The notes below the pieces were generated by a model that was not told the DNA's origin, searched no databases, and saw nothing but the letters and a program-made list of their open reading frames with translations. DNA of 64,000 nucleotides from Ignavibacteriota bacterium (lineage in GTDB: Bacteria; Bacteroidota; Ignavibacteria; UBA10030; BY39), in assembly GCA_003327435.1 (NCBI GenBank), contig QOQV01000004.1, positions 1,037-65,036 of the forward strand, read 5' to 3'. A program made the position numbers and the translations under genes. This document shows, piece after piece, positions 27,039 through 37,992 of the stretch (within the stretch, counting starts at the first letter, position 1; each line of letters starts with the position of its first letter).

Positions 27039-27950
27039 TTAACCGATTTTCTGACGCTTACTCAAATACTGAAACAATGCTACATCAAATGGTACTGATG
27101 TATCCAATAGAACATAATCAATATTATTCTCCCTACATTCTTTCTTATAATACTCTAAAAACTTTCTCATTTCTTCCTGATATGCCTTTTGTAAATGGTA
27201 TGGTTGAGTTGTGATTTCTTCTTTTGTTTCCATATCACGGAAGATGGCATCTCCCCCGAATGCAAAACTTTTTTCGATGGGATCAAGTATTTGCATTACA
27301 ATTACTTCATTCTTTTTATGTCTGAAATGTTTAAGAGCTGTAACCACATCTTTAGCATTATCGAACAAGTCGCTTAAGATTATCACCAGTCCGCGTCTTT
27401 TTATTCTTTCAGCAATGAGATGAAGTGTTGAAGCAGTTCCTGTTTTTCCTTCTGCCTGTGTTTTACCAAGCTGATAAAGTATCTCTTTAAGGTACGCTTT
27501 TGTGGCGTGCGGAGGCATATATATACGGAGTTTTTCATCGTAAACGGTTAGGCCAACAGCATCGCGTTGTTGAACCATTAAATATGCAAGCGCAGCTGAT
27601 ACATAAGCTGCATACTCAAGTTTGGAAATTCTTTTAGAAGATGAAAAAGCCATTGAGCGACTCGCATCGAGAATTATGTAAGCTTTCAGATTGGTTTCCT
27701 CCTCAAATTGCTTGATGAAAAAGCGATCCGTTCTTCCATATATTTTCCAATCAATGTGTTTTGGTTCATCACCAGGCATATATTGCCTGTGTTCTGCAAA
27801 CTCCACACTGAAACCATGATAAGGACTTTTGTGCAAACCTGTAATAAATCCTTCAACTACGAGTCGTGCAATTAACTCCAGATTACCAAGTTTTGCAACA
27901 AAATCAGGTTTTAAGTATTGTTTATAATCTTCTCTATTAAATTCTTGCAA
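27039..27950 (-). CDS. DUF58 domain protein (vWA-like, MoxR-associated family).
   Basis: 303-aa ORF with typical DUF58 conservation (..FVAKLGNLEL.A..VVEG...G.H.S...G.S.EF..HR.Y..GD). No MoxR ATPase gene is adjacent. Confidence 0.6.
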   Translation of the reverse strand: MQEFNREDYKQYLKPDFVAKLGNLELIARLVVEGFITGLHKSPYHGFSVEFAEHRQYMPGDEPKHIDWKIYGRTDRFFIKQFEEETNLKAYIILDASRSMAFSSSKRISKLEYAAYVSAALAYLMVQQRDAVGLTVYDEKLRIYMPPHATKAYLKEILYQLGKTQAEGKTGTASTLHLIAERIKRRGLVIILSDLFDNAKDVVTALKHFRHKKNEVIVMQILDPIEKSFAFGGDAIFRDMETKEEITTQPYHLQKAYQEEMRKFLEYYKKECRENNIDYVLLDTSVPFDVALFQYLSKRQKIG

Positions 27951-27964
27951 CGATTATTTCTTAT

Positions 27965-28462
27965 TTATTTCTTTTCTTTAGAAACAATTTCTGGTGGTAT
28001 CAACTCTTCTGGATTTTTTCCAAGAGTTTGAATTTCAATTTGTGCCGATTGTGTTAGTTCGTGATCAGGATATTTGTTTAAAAATTCTTCGTAAGCCGAT
28101 TTTGCTTTATCAAGTTGATGCAGTTGATTATTATATATAAAGCCAATTAAGAATAATGCTTTAGGAGCATTCGAATGCTCAGGAAACATTTCAACGAAAT
28201 TTCTATATTCTTCGATAGCATTCTCAAATTCGTGTAAATCGTTATTATAAATTGAGGCAATGTAAAACTGTGCATCAGGAGCTTTTTCACTCTTTGGGAA
28301 CTCTTTCACAAACTGTTTTAATTTTTCTATTGCTTCTTTATGTTTGCCTTCCTCAATTAATGTTTGAGATTGTTTCCAGAGTTCTTCTTCCGAAACGCGG
28401 CTGCAAGAAACAAAATACAGGATTGGGAATGCTATCATAAAGAACAAAAGATATTTTTTCAT
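27965..28462 (-). CDS. TPR-repeat lipoprotein (YbgF/BamD-like).
   Basis: 165-aa ORF. Signal peptide with lipobox (VSC), then three TPR-like repeats (AQFYIASIYNN / ALFLIGFIYNN). Confidence 0.55.
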   Translation of the reverse strand: MKKYLLFFMIAFPILYFVSCSRVSEEELWKQSQTLIEEGKHKEAIEKLKQFVKEFPKSEKAPDAQFYIASIYNNDLHEFENAIEEYRNFVEMFPEHSNAPKALFLIGFIYNNQLHQLDKAKSAYEEFLNKYPDHELTQSAQIEIQTLGKNPEELIPPEIVSKEKK

Positions 28463-28484
28463 ATTTCAATATACTCCTTATTTA

Positions 28485-29390
28485 TTAGATTAAAATTTTA
28501 GGTGAATTCATTTGAGAATTTATGTAAGCCCTTGCCATTTTTGGGGTATTGTATGCGACACCAAATTCACCTCTGTTATTTAAGGCAATTACTCCACCAA
28601 AGCCATCGGCTTTTTCTTTAAGGATTTTAATTCCTTTTTCGGCTGCTGCCTGTGGATCACCATTATTAAATTCCATTAGATCGATAACAGTTTTAGCCAT
28701 AACGACTTTAATCATAGCTTCGCCCCAGCCGGTGGTTGAGACACCACCAATAGATGTATCAGCATAAGTTCCACAACCTATAAGTGGGGAGTCTCCAACT
28801 CTACCTGGATGTTTGTTGAAGGTTCCGCCTGTAGATGTTCCAGCACATATATTGCCTGAAGAATCAAGAGCAACTGCACCTACAGTACCAGCAGGTGTAT
28901 GAAATTTGAAAGCATCTTTAGTGGAAAAACCATTTTTACCTTGAATACTTTTCCATTTTAAGATTTCTCTTTCTATACGCAGATCATCCTGTGAGCAAAT
29001 CGATATTCCATGTTGAATAGCGAATTTCTCAGCTCCACTACCAACAAGAAAAATATGTTCGCTTTCATCCATAATTTTTCTACAAAGTGATATAGGATTC
29101 TTTATATTTTTTACAGCTGCAACAGAACCACATCTGAAAGTAGAACCATTCATAATACTTGCATCCAGTTCGACTTCACCATCAGCATTTAGGTGAGAAC
29201 CTCGGCCAGCATCAAAAGTAATATCATCCTCAAGGTAATTGATGACTTTTTCTACAGCATCAACGGCACTACCACCGTTTGATAAAATTTCCCAGCCAAT
29301 ATTTAGGGCTTTCGAAACTCCAAGCTTATGAGCTTCAACAAGCTCATCTGGAATATCCCACGCACCACCATGAATAATTAATGAAATCAT
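28485..29390 (-). CDS. Isoaspartyl peptidase / L-asparaginase (Ntn-hydrolase, plant-type asparaginase family).
   Basis: 301-aa ORF with the autoproteolytic nucleophile motif GTVGAVALD and the family's GGG/TGWGE elements. Confidence 0.75.
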   Translation of the reverse strand: MISLIIHGGAWDIPDELVEAHKLGVSKALNIGWEILSNGGSAVDAVEKVINYLEDDITFDAGRGSHLNADGEVELDASIMNGSTFRCGSVAAVKNIKNPISLCRKIMDESEHIFLVGSGAEKFAIQHGISICSQDDLRIEREILKWKSIQGKNGFSTKDAFKFHTPAGTVGAVALDSSGNICAGTSTGGTFNKHPGRVGDSPLIGCGTYADTSIGGVSTTGWGEAMIKVVMAKTVIDLMEFNNGDPQAAAEKGIKILKEKADGFGGVIALNNRGEFGVAYNTPKMARAYINSQMNSPKILI

Positions 29391-29474
29391 ACTATTTTTA
29401 TATTTTGAGCAAATTTATGAAAAATTTTTCCCATAAACAATTTAACTTGTCTTTACTTTTTCCTTTATATAACA

Positions 29475-30308
29475 TTATTTTGTTATCAATAAGATTTTTG
29501 TGACTGTTGTAAATGTTTTTCTTCCAAATGTAAAAACAATCTCATCCTTTTTTGAAACTGTTCCTTTGTCAAAAAAATCATCTATTTTTTGAAATACAAG
29601 ATCAAAATTTCTTTTTAATTCCCAACTTTTTTCAGGATTTTCTTTGTCCAATAATACAACAAATAATCTATTGTCAGCACCAAATCGTTGAGCACCTTGA
29701 TTTTCATACATCCAAATTGCCAAGTCAGATGGTTTCTTTATTGCATTAGTTGGATTATATTCGCGCGGCAAATAAGTCACTTTTAAATCAAAAGGTTGAC
29801 CAGCAAAGAAAATATCAATTCCTTTTATGTTTTTGATAGTGGGTATTACATTTTTGTGAGTGCCTATATGTTCTTCAATCAATACGGTTGTCCAGTGGTT
29901 AAACCACGTGCAAATTACATAGTTTGTTACATCATTGTGAAGTTTTGCCTTTACATTATTTAGTAAATCCTCGTAACGGACAATTCTTCGGACATATTCA
30001 GTTTGTATCTTTTGATCTAATTGTCCTTGAACTACACCCCAGGAAAAAGTTTTGACTTTTAACAACTCCTTCTTTAAATCTTCATCAGAAATAATTGCTC
30101 TTCGCTCTTGAATTTTCTCTCTATATTTTTGTTTGATAAATTTATCAATAACTTCTTCGTCTGGGTGTTTTTCTAAAATTCTCTTAATAATCACTGATGT
30201 GGATCCAGTGTTTGAAATACCCAAATTTATCGCAAGTACTTGTAATTGTGCAAGGGGAATACAACTTAACTTTAGTTTCAAAACCTCTTTTTGACTTAAC
30301 ATTGGCAC
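29475..30308 (-). CDS. Putative Type II restriction endonuclease with an N-terminal SAP-like helix-hairpin.
   Basis: 277-aa ORF 12 bp downstream of a DNA methyltransferase gene on the same strand. It has a candidate PD-(D/E)xK core (GIDIFFAGQPFDLK). Its N-terminus (LAQLQVLAINLGISNTGSTSVIIKRILEK) resembles a SAP DNA-binding motif. No family match could be verified without a search. Confidence 0.4.
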   Translation of the reverse strand: MPMLSQKEVLKLKLSCIPLAQLQVLAINLGISNTGSTSVIIKRILEKHPDEEVIDKFIKQKYREKIQERRAIISDEDLKKELLKVKTFSWGVVQGQLDQKIQTEYVRRIVRYEDLLNNVKAKLHNDVTNYVICTWFNHWTTVLIEEHIGTHKNVIPTIKNIKGIDIFFAGQPFDLKVTYLPREYNPTNAIKKPSDLAIWMYENQGAQRFGADNRLFVVLLDKENPEKSWELKRNFDLVFQKIDDFFDKGTVSKKDEIVFTFGRKTFTTVTKILLITK

Positions 30309-30320
30309 AATTCTTTTCTC

Positions 30321-31472
30321 CTATTTTTTCTTGAATAGCATAATGTATTCATGCTTAAAGATATAAAATCCACCAACTAGTGCTCTATAACGCCATAATT
30401 CTTTTTGATTTCTTTTACCTCGCGTTTCCTCAAAATTTTTTACAATTATGCTTTTTAACACATAACCTCTTTTTAATACCTCCTGCATGCAATAGAAACC
30501 TAAAGGTATCCATTCACCTTTGGAGTATTTATCACCTATGATAAGAGCAAAGTATCGTCCCTTTTCTAAATATGGAGTTGCAGTATCTACTACCTCACCA
30601 AACATCCTTAAAAATTCTTCAGTGTCCTTTGCATTTGAAAGGTCATTTTTGTCTTTTGAAAATTTGATAATATCGTGATAGGGCGGATGCATAATGAGAA
30701 GTTGAATTTGTTTAATGCCAAACTTTTCCAAGATTGATTTTATATTAATCGTCCTGCTATCGCCAACAAATACTTCGCTTACCACATTGTCCTTATTTGT
30801 TTCTCTTTCAATCAGTTCTTTTGCTTTTTGAGCGACATCAGGATTTAGTTCAATACCAATTCCGTTTCTGCCTAATCTTCTGCATTCAATTAAGGTAGTG
30901 CCACTTCCAACAAATGGATCTAAAACACATTCACCTTTCTTAGTATATCTCAGTATCATTTGATGTGGTATTTGTGGGATAAAATTACCCCAATACCAAC
31001 CGAGATGTGCCCCTGAGGTATCTCTTTTACCTAATATCCAAAGGCTATCAGTAATAATATCATCGTATTCTTTCCATCTGAGGAGATTAATATCATTAAT
31101 TTTGCTAGTTTTAACTTTTTGGATACTCTCTAACAATCTCTTAAGGTAATATATTGCCCTCTCAAGCGTATGTGATTCTAAAATCTGATCTAACTCATCA
31201 GTAAGCACATCTCGGCGTAAGGATATCGTATCTCCATTAGAATCTATATTTAATATACCTCGATAATCTTTTGCTTTCTTTGTCACAATATCTTTTAAAT
31301 TCGTTACTTCTTTTTTGATTGAATTTAGAGCTTCTACCTTCAATATTCCAGAGATTACCTCAATAAATTTTTCCTTATTAATAATTGACATTCCCTGAGA
31401 CAAAGATGAAAATTCTAAACTTTCGATAACTAACTGCTTATCTTCCTTATTATTTTTAATGTTATTTTTCAA
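30321..31472 (-). CDS. DNA methyltransferase (N6-adenine or N4-cytosine class).
   Basis: 383-aa ORF. It has SAM-binding motif I (VLDPFVGSGTTLIE) followed ~70 aa later by the catalytic (D/N/S)PPY-type motif (MHPPYHD). Confidence 0.6.
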   Translation of the reverse strand: MKNNIKNNKEDKQLVIESLEFSSLSQGMSIINKEKFIEVISGILKVEALNSIKKEVTNLKDIVTKKAKDYRGILNIDSNGDTISLRRDVLTDELDQILESHTLERAIYYLKRLLESIQKVKTSKINDINLLRWKEYDDIITDSLWILGKRDTSGAHLGWYWGNFIPQIPHQMILRYTKKGECVLDPFVGSGTTLIECRRLGRNGIGIELNPDVAQKAKELIERETNKDNVVSEVFVGDSRTINIKSILEKFGIKQIQLLIMHPPYHDIIKFSKDKNDLSNAKDTEEFLRMFGEVVDTATPYLEKGRYFALIIGDKYSKGEWIPLGFYCMQEVLKRGYVLKSIIVKNFEETRGKRNQKELWRYRALVGGFYIFKHEYIMLFKKK

Positions 31473-31577
31473 TTTTAAGAATTAAACTCAATAGATTCTT
31501 CTTAAGTAAAATCATTTTTACAAAAAAACCAACAGCATATGATAGCCAATCGGCGATCATTTATAAATTAAGCTAAA

Positions 31578-32633
31578 TTACGCAACCGTCACTTCTTTGC
31601 AGAGGTATACATCCTGAATTGCATTTAATATTTTAACTCCTTCACTCATAGGTCTCTGGAATGCCTTTCTACCTGAAATCAGTCCCATACCACCTGCTCG
31701 CTTATTGATCACTGCTGTACGAACTGCCTCGGCATAATCATTTTCACCTGATGGACCACCTGAATTTATCAATCCAATCCTTCCCATATAACCATTTGCA
31801 ACCTGATAACGAGTCAAGTCAATGGGATGATCACTGCAAAGTTCTGTGTACATTTTTTTATGTGACTTACCAAACTTGAGAGCTGTAAAACCACCATTGT
31901 TTTCAGGTAGTTTCTGCTTGATAATATCAGCTTCAATAGTTGCACCAAGATGATCTGCCTGTCCTGTTAAATCAGCAGCAAGGTGATAATCTTTCTCGGG
32001 TGTCTGGAAAGCTGGATTTCTCAGATAGCACCACAATATTGTAACCATACCAAGTTGATGTGCTTCGTGAAACATTTTACTCACTTCCTGAATCTGTCGA
32101 TTAGATTCAGCAGAACCAAAGTAAATTGTTGCACCAACTGCTACAGCACCCATATCATAAGCTTGGCGAACATTTGCAAACAGAATCTGGTCATGTTTAT
32201 TTGGATAAGTTAAAAGTTCGTTGTGGTTAAATTTCAGGATGAATGGAATTTTGTGAGCATATTTTCTTGCAACCGCACCAAGTACACCAAGAGTGGAAGC
32301 AACTGCATTACATCCACCTTCTATTGCGAGCTTGACAATATTTTCAGGATCAAAATAAATTGGATTTGGAGCAAACGATGCACCTGCTGAATGTTCAATA
32401 CCCTGATCCACAGGTAAAATTGATAAATATCCCGTACCTTTCAATCTTCCAGTGTTAAAAAGTGTTTGCAAGCTACGCAGAACTGATACCGGCCTGTCTG
32501 AATCTGCAAATACCTTATCGACAAAATCAGGTGATGGTAAATGGAGCATTTCCTTGGGAATGCCTGTACATTTGTGGTTTAGTAAACTATCAGCTTCGTT
32601 GCCAAGTAGTTTTTCTATCTCATTAATTGTCAT
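31578..32633 (-). CDS. fbaB: Class I fructose-bisphosphate aldolase (FbaB/DhnA type).
   Basis: 351-aa ORF collinear with E. coli FbaB over its whole length. Confidence 0.75.
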   Translation of the reverse strand: MTINEIEKLLGNEADSLLNHKCTGIPKEMLHLPSPDFVDKVFADSDRPVSVLRSLQTLFNTGRLKGTGYLSILPVDQGIEHSAGASFAPNPIYFDPENIVKLAIEGGCNAVASTLGVLGAVARKYAHKIPFILKFNHNELLTYPNKHDQILFANVRQAYDMGAVAVGATIYFGSAESNRQIQEVSKMFHEAHQLGMVTILWCYLRNPAFQTPEKDYHLAADLTGQADHLGATIEADIIKQKLPENNGGFTALKFGKSHKKMYTELCSDHPIDLTRYQVANGYMGRIGLINSGGPSGENDYAEAVRTAVINKRAGGMGLISGRKAFQRPMSEGVKILNAIQDVYLCKEVTVA

Positions 32634-32756
32634 TTTAACACCTCATAAAATTTATTTTTGGAATTTTTTATTTAATATACGAAATTGTTAGAGAAATAAA
32701 AAGATTGATTTTAATTAACATTTTTATTATAATTGCATCGATAAAATTTTTATAAA

Positions 32757-33221
32757 ATGACTAAAACTGAAGCTAATGAAGAAAAAGTACTGATAACCAA
32801 CAGAAAAGCTCAACACGATTATTTCATAATCGAAACTTATGAAGCAGGAATTGTTCTTAAAGGTACTGAAGTTAAATCACTTAGAGCAGGAAATGCAAAC
32901 CTGCAGGATAGTTTTGCAGTTATCAAAAACGGCGAAGTATGGCTGGAGAATATGCATATAAGTCACTATCCACAAGCAAGTTATAACAATCATGAACCCA
33001 AGCGAGATAGAAAACTTCTCCTTCATAAAAAAGAAATCAGAAGATTGAAGAACAAGCTTGAGGAAAAAGGTACTACATTAGTACCATTAAGAGTTTATTT
33101 AAAAAAACAAAAAATCAAGATTGAGCTTGCACTTGCTCGTGGCAAAAAGAGTTTTGATAAACGCGAAGCCATAGCAAAGCGTGAAACTGAAAGAGAAATT
33201 AAAAGAAAGTATGCATTATAA
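32757..33221 (+). CDS. smpB: SsrA-binding protein SmpB.
   Basis: 154-aa ORF with SmpB conservation (NRKA.HDY.I.E..EAG..L.GTEVKSLR) and a basic C-terminal tail. Confidence 0.9.
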   Translation: MTKTEANEEKVLITNRKAQHDYFIIETYEAGIVLKGTEVKSLRAGNANLQDSFAVIKNGEVWLENMHISHYPQASYNNHEPKRDRKLLLHKKEIRRLKNKLEEKGTTLVPLRVYLKKQKIKIELALARGKKSFDKREAIAKRETEREIKRKYAL

Positions 33222-33247
33222 ACTAAATAGGAGAATAAATAAAGAAA

Positions 33248-34465
33248 TTGTTTCCGTCAGTAAATGAGCAGATGGATTTAATCAAGCGCGGAGTGAGCGA
33301 GATTATTCAGGAAGACAGCCTGGTTGAGAAACTTGAGAAATCCATAAAACTAAACAAACCACTCACCATAAAATTAGGATGCGACCCCAGCCGTCCAGAC
33401 TTACATTTAGGCCATTCAGTAGTACTTCGTAAGCTCAGACATTTTCAGGATCTCGGTCACGAAGCGGTTTTAATAATTGGTGACTTCACAGGAATGATAG
33501 GCGATCCATCAGGAAAAAGTAAAACCCGCCCTTCTCTCACACTTGAAGAAACACGTAAGAATGGACAAACATATTTTGAACAAGCAACAAAAATACTTTC
33601 TACAAAAAATATTAAGATGTTATACAATTCTGAATGGTTGAGCAAAATGACTTTTGCGGAAGTTATTATTCTTGCAAGTAAGTACACTGTTGCTCGCATG
33701 CTCGAAAGAGATGATTTTGAAAAAAGATATCGTGAAGGTGAACCAATTAGTATTCATGAGTTCCTCTACCCTCTTGCACAAGCTATGGATTCAGTAGCCA
33801 TAAAAGCAGATGTTGAACTTGGTGGAACCGACCAGAAATTTAATTTACTGGTAGGTAGAGATATTCAAAGAGAATTCGGACAGGAACCTCAAATTGCTAT
33901 CACAATGCCAATTCTAACAGGTATAGATGGGGTGGAAAAAATGAGTAAATCTCTGGACAATTACATCGGAATTACAGACCCACCTGGAGAGATGTATGGT
34001 AAAACTTTATCCATACCTGATGAATTAATTTATGATTATTTTTTACTAACGACTGACATTTCAGATAGTGAGCTCAAATTCATCAAAGAAGAAATTCGCA
34101 CCAAACCAAGAGATGCGAAACGTTTGCTGGCGCGAACATTGGTAAAAATGTACTGGTCGGCAGAAGCCGCTTTACAAGCAGAAGCTGAATTCGATCGCCT
34201 GTTTGTTAAAAAAGAACTACCAGAAATTATTGATGAATTCATACTAAATACAAATGATAAAGAAATTAATATAGTCAACCTTTTATTTGATACTAAACTT
34301 GTAAATTCTAAGAGTGAAGCCAGAAGGTTAATCGAACAGGGTGGAGTTAGTATTGATGGCAACAGAATAAATGATGTGAATGAAAATGTGCCACTTGAAG
34401 ATACATTCGTTATCAAGGTGGGAAAAAGAAAATTTTTAAAAATCGTAATACAAAAAAACAAATAA
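33248..34465 (+). CDS. tyrS: Tyrosine--tRNA ligase.
   Basis: 405-aa ORF with a HIGH-type motif (PDLHLGH), a KMSKS motif and a C-terminal S4-like domain. Confidence 0.9.
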   Translation: MFPSVNEQMDLIKRGVSEIIQEDSLVEKLEKSIKLNKPLTIKLGCDPSRPDLHLGHSVVLRKLRHFQDLGHEAVLIIGDFTGMIGDPSGKSKTRPSLTLEETRKNGQTYFEQATKILSTKNIKMLYNSEWLSKMTFAEVIILASKYTVARMLERDDFEKRYREGEPISIHEFLYPLAQAMDSVAIKADVELGGTDQKFNLLVGRDIQREFGQEPQIAITMPILTGIDGVEKMSKSLDNYIGITDPPGEMYGKTLSIPDELIYDYFLLTTDISDSELKFIKEEIRTKPRDAKRLLARTLVKMYWSAEAALQAEAEFDRLFVKKELPEIIDEFILNTNDKEINIVNLLFDTKLVNSKSEARRLIEQGGVSIDGNRINDVNENVPLEDTFVIKVGKRKFLKIVIQKNK

Positions 34466-34481
34466 GAATGGAGATGAGAAA

Positions 34482-35027
34482 TTGTATGTACCCACAAAAA
34501 TCTTTTTTACAAAAGGTGTAGGCAGACACAAAGATTACCTACAATCATTTGAGTTAGCTTTAAGAGATGCCAAAATTGAAAAATGCAATCTTGTAACAGT
34601 ATCGAGTATATTTCCTCCTGGTTGTAAAAGGATTTCAACGGATGAAGGTATAAAACTCCTCCAGCCCGGTGAAATAACATTTTGTGTAATGGCTCGAAAT
34701 TCAACAAATGAGCCCAACAGATTAATTGCAGCTTCTATTGGAGTTGCAACACCGGCAGATTCAAGTGCTTATGGTTATTTATCTGAACATCATCCATTTG
34801 GAGAAACAGATGAAAAGGCAGGCGAATACGCTGAAGATTTAGCAGCCACTATGCTTGCAACAACTCTTGGACTGGAATTTAATCCAGATGATGCATGGGA
34901 CGAGAGAGAAAAAATCTATAAAATGAGCGGTAAAATAGTTAAAACCTTTAACATTACACAATCAGCAGAAGGCGATAAGAATGGACTCTGGACAACTGTA
35001 ATCGCTTGCGCAATACTCTTACCTTAA
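34482..35027 (+). CDS. pdaD: Pyruvoyl-dependent arginine decarboxylase.
   Basis: 181-aa ORF. Size and sequence are typical of PdaD, including the self-cleavage-site region (SSIFPPG). Confidence 0.75.
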   Translation: MYVPTKIFFTKGVGRHKDYLQSFELALRDAKIEKCNLVTVSSIFPPGCKRISTDEGIKLLQPGEITFCVMARNSTNEPNRLIAASIGVATPADSSAYGYLSEHHPFGETDEKAGEYAEDLAATMLATTLGLEFNPDDAWDEREKIYKMSGKIVKTFNITQSAEGDKNGLWTTVIACAILLP

Positions 35028-35069
35028 CGAATTTTGCCAGAGGGTTAATATACTCTCTGGCTTTATTAA

Positions 35070-35723
35070 TTATTTCTTATTCCTTTTAACTTTTAACAAT
35101 TTATGTTTATTCTTTACAGCAGATTGATCTAAATAAGCATTTTTAAATTTACAATGGAATTTCTTAAGGTGAGTTCTTACAGTTTGCGGGCTGATATATA
35201 ATTTTTCTGCAATCTGCTTATATGTAAATCCTTCACAATACAAACTGGCAATTTGCTTTTCCCTTGGCGTTAAATTTAATTCGTAAATATTTAAATATTT
35301 TTCAGAAAGTATTTTAAAAAATTTTCCTTTTACATTTTCCGAAAGGAAAATACCTCCTAATGAACAAACCTGTATTGCCTGTAAAATTGTTTCCAATTTA
35401 TACGGTGATAACACATAACCCTGAATCTCCTCCATTAATATTTTATCAAGTTCGATTTCTAACTCGTTATCAATTATTCCTATAATTATTAACTTTTTAT
35501 TCCTTGCTCTAAGCTGTCTTAATAGTTCATTCCCTTTTAAAATCAATTTGCTATCAATAAAAAGAACATCAATTAAATCATCTTGAATTTTCGGGAGTAC
35601 TTCCTTCGTACTTGTAAATTTTCCTGCATAATGGAGCTTATCTGATTGAGAAAGTAAATTATAAAAATTTTTAGATAACTGATCTTCATCCCAAAAAATC
35701 GCCACCCTAATTTTCTGGTTCAT
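35070..35723 (-). CDS. LuxR-family transcriptional regulator with an atypical receiver-like N-terminal domain.
   Basis: 217-aa ORF. The C-terminus has a LuxR/FixJ HTH (LTPREKQIASLYCEGFTYKQIAEKLYISPQTVRTHL). The N-terminal domain is receiver-like but has a weak acidic pocket. Confidence 0.6.
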   Translation of the reverse strand: MNQKIRVAIFWDEDQLSKNFYNLLSQSDKLHYAGKFTSTKEVLPKIQDDLIDVLFIDSKLILKGNELLRQLRARNKKLIIIGIIDNELEIELDKILMEEIQGYVLSPYKLETILQAIQVCSLGGIFLSENVKGKFFKILSEKYLNIYELNLTPREKQIASLYCEGFTYKQIAEKLYISPQTVRTHLKKFHCKFKNAYLDQSAVKNKHKLLKVKRNKK

Positions 35724-35783
35724 AAAATTTCAGTTTTAATTTTTCTAAATAATATAAAGTTAAATTATTTGCCTGCCGCTTAA

Positions 35784-36479
35784 CTAGTTAAAAAGTTTTT
35801 GATATTTTAGAACATTTTCGACATAAGATATAGTCTGCCGCCAGCCACCAAAGTAGCCATATCTGGGTTTCCCACCATCCCAGACTGACCTGTGCAGTGT
35901 ATAGTATCGCTTTGATAGTAGCGGCAGTGCGTTTTGGATTGCCCGCCATGATAGCGGGTCTTCTCCTAAGTATGCAACCAGTTCCTGAGCGTCATAAATT
36001 CTGCTTGGTCCAGCATTATAAGCTGCAAGTGCCAAGCAAATTCTATCTGCTTCATTTGCTTTTTCAAATAAACTATAAAGTTTCGAAAAATAGCTAACGC
36101 CAACATCTATATTACGCATTGGCTCAAACACATCTAATGAATCCATTCCGAAATCCTGTTGTGTGGAAGGATGTATTTGCATTAATCCTTGTGCTCCTTT
36201 GGCACTAACAGCATTTGGATCAAATTGAGATTCCTGTTTGATAATTGCCCAAATTAATCGCCAATCAAGATTCAATGGTTTAGTTTTCTCTATAGTAAAA
36301 TTTTTATACTCCCATCGGGCACCAGGATTATACATTTTTTTATTCGATAGTTCTATTTTCCGACCAACTTCCTCATTTAGAAATGAAGAACCCTCCCCGA
36401 TACTGTAATTATATACAGTACGATTGGGAATCAACAATAAAGGTATAAAAATGAGGAATATTTTGGTTAATAACTTCAT
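35784..36479 (-). CDS. Lytic transglycosylase domain protein (SLT family).
   Basis: 231-aa ORF with a signal peptide and an SLT catalytic motif (IIKQESQFDPNAVSAKGAQGLMQI; AYNAG). Confidence 0.75.
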   Translation of the reverse strand: MKLLTKIFLIFIPLLLIPNRTVYNYSIGEGSSFLNEEVGRKIELSNKKMYNPGARWEYKNFTIEKTKPLNLDWRLIWAIIKQESQFDPNAVSAKGAQGLMQIHPSTQQDFGMDSLDVFEPMRNIDVGVSYFSKLYSLFEKANEADRICLALAAYNAGPSRIYDAQELVAYLGEDPLSWRAIQNALPLLSKRYYTLHRSVWDGGKPRYGYFGGWRQTISYVENVLKYQKLFN

Positions 36480-36639
36480 TTATTTAAAATTGTGGTTTTT
36501 ATCAAAATTTAGAAGGTTTTTAAATTTAAGCATCATTAATTTAACCTATTTTCATTTAAAAGTCAAATCAAATATGTGATGGCTATCAATCAATTGTAAA
36601 ATTCCCTAAAAATGTTTAGATTTTCTAAAAAAATTTTTT

Positions 36640-37926
36640 ATGAATACCAAATTATCTGATATTCTTTTCGAAAAAGCTAAAAATCTTATACCTGGAGGTG
36701 TTAACTCACCTGTGCGGGCATTTAAATCTGTTGGGAGAAATCCACTTTTCATTAGCAAAGCACTCGGCTCTCGAATCTATGATATAGATGGAAACGAGTT
36801 CATAGATTATGTTGGCTCATGGGGGCCTATGTTATTGGGTCATTCACACCCAAAGATTTTAGCTGCAATTGAACAAGCGCTTAAAAATGGTACCAGCTTT
36901 GGAGCACCAACCGAATTAGAAGTAAAAATTGCCGAATTAATTACTAAAATGGTATCCTCAATTGAGATGGTAAGAATGGTGAACTCGGGCACTGAAGCAA
37001 CAATGAGTGCAATCCGTCTTGCAAGAGCCTTTACTGGAAAAAGCAAAATTATCAAATTTGAGGGGTGCTATCATGGCCATGCCGATACATTTCTAATAAA
37101 AGCTGGTTCAGGGGCAATGACCTTTGGAATTCCAGATAGTCCAGGCATTCCCGAAGGTATCGCTCAATATACTCTCACTGCGAGATTTAATGATATCCAT
37201 TCTGTTGAGCAACTGATTGCAAATAACAAAAATCAGATAGCAGCGCTGATTGTGGAACCAGTTGTAGGAAATATGGGATGTATTCCACCAAAAGGTAACT
37301 TTTTAAATGATCTTAGAACCATATGTGATAAAGAAAATATTATCCTGATTTTTGATGAAGTTATGACTGGATTCAGGTTAGCAGTTGGTGGTGCACAGGA
37401 ACTTTATAAGATTAAACCGGATCTTACAACACTCGGAAAGATAATTGGTGGAGGTTTACCAGTTGGTGCATATGGTGGAAGAAAAGAAATTATGCAATTA
37501 GTCGCCCCAAGTGGACCAATGTACCAGGCAGGAACATTATCAGGCAACCCGATTGCAATGGCAGCGGGTTACGAAATGCTTTCGATAATTATGAGTGATC
37601 AAAACATTTATAAAACTCTTGAGATAACTGCTCAACGATTAGAAAATGGAATAAAGAAAATTCTTAATGAAAATGGTTTAAATTATCAAATCAATAGAGT
37701 AGGTTCAATGTTTACACTTTTCTTCACTGAATCTGAAGTATATGATTATGATTCTGCAAAAAAAAGTGATACTCAGAAATTTGCAAAATTTTTTAATCAG
37801 ATGTTAGAACATGGAATTTACTTACCACCATCACAATTCGAAGCGGCATTCATCTCGACTGCTCATACTTTAGAAGACATTGATAGAACAATAAAAGCAT
37901 TTGAGGAAGTCATAAAATCAATTTAA
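36640..37926 (+). CDS. hemL: Glutamate-1-semialdehyde 2,1-aminomutase.
   Basis: 428-aa ORF, class III aminotransferase with HemL conservation throughout ([19 protein letters not shown]). Confidence 0.9.
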   Translation: MNTKLSDILFEKAKNLIPGGVNSPVRAFKSVGRNPLFISKALGSRIYDIDGNEFIDYVGSWGPMLLGHSHPKILAAIEQALKNGTSFGAPTELEVKIAELITKMVSSIEMVRMVNSGTEATMSAIRLARAFTGKSKIIKFEGCYHGHADTFLIKAGSGAMTFGIPDSPGIPEGIAQYTLTARFNDIHSVEQLIANNKNQIAALIVEPVVGNMGCIPPKGNFLNDLRTICDKENIILIFDEVMTGFRLAVGGAQELYKIKPDLTTLGKIIGGGLPVGAYGGRKEIMQLVAPSGPMYQAGTLSGNPIAMAAGYEMLSIIMSDQNIYKTLEITAQRLENGIKKILNENGLNYQINRVGSMFTLFFTESEVYDYDSAKKSDTQKFAKFFNQMLEHGIYLPPSQFEAAFISTAHTLEDIDRTIKAFEEVIKSI

Positions 37927-37944
37927 AATCATTCACTACAATAA

Positions 37945-37975
37945 AAAAAGCCATCCAAATGGATGGCTTTTTTAT
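37945..37975. terminator. Bidirectional rho-independent terminator between hemL (+) and the minus-strand lipoprotein gene.
   Basis: A-tract, then the AGCCATCC/GGATGGCT 8-bp stem with an AAAT loop, then TTTTTTATT. The minus-strand reading has a matching T-run. Confidence 0.7.
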
Positions 37976-37992
37976 TAAGCTTGAACTTACAA

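Noticed and set aside
32634-32756. tmRNA (ssrA) next to smpB.
   Set aside because: No tRNA-like GGGG...acceptor/T-arm structure ending in a CCA-proximal stem was found in the smpB flanks. ssrA is evidently elsewhere.
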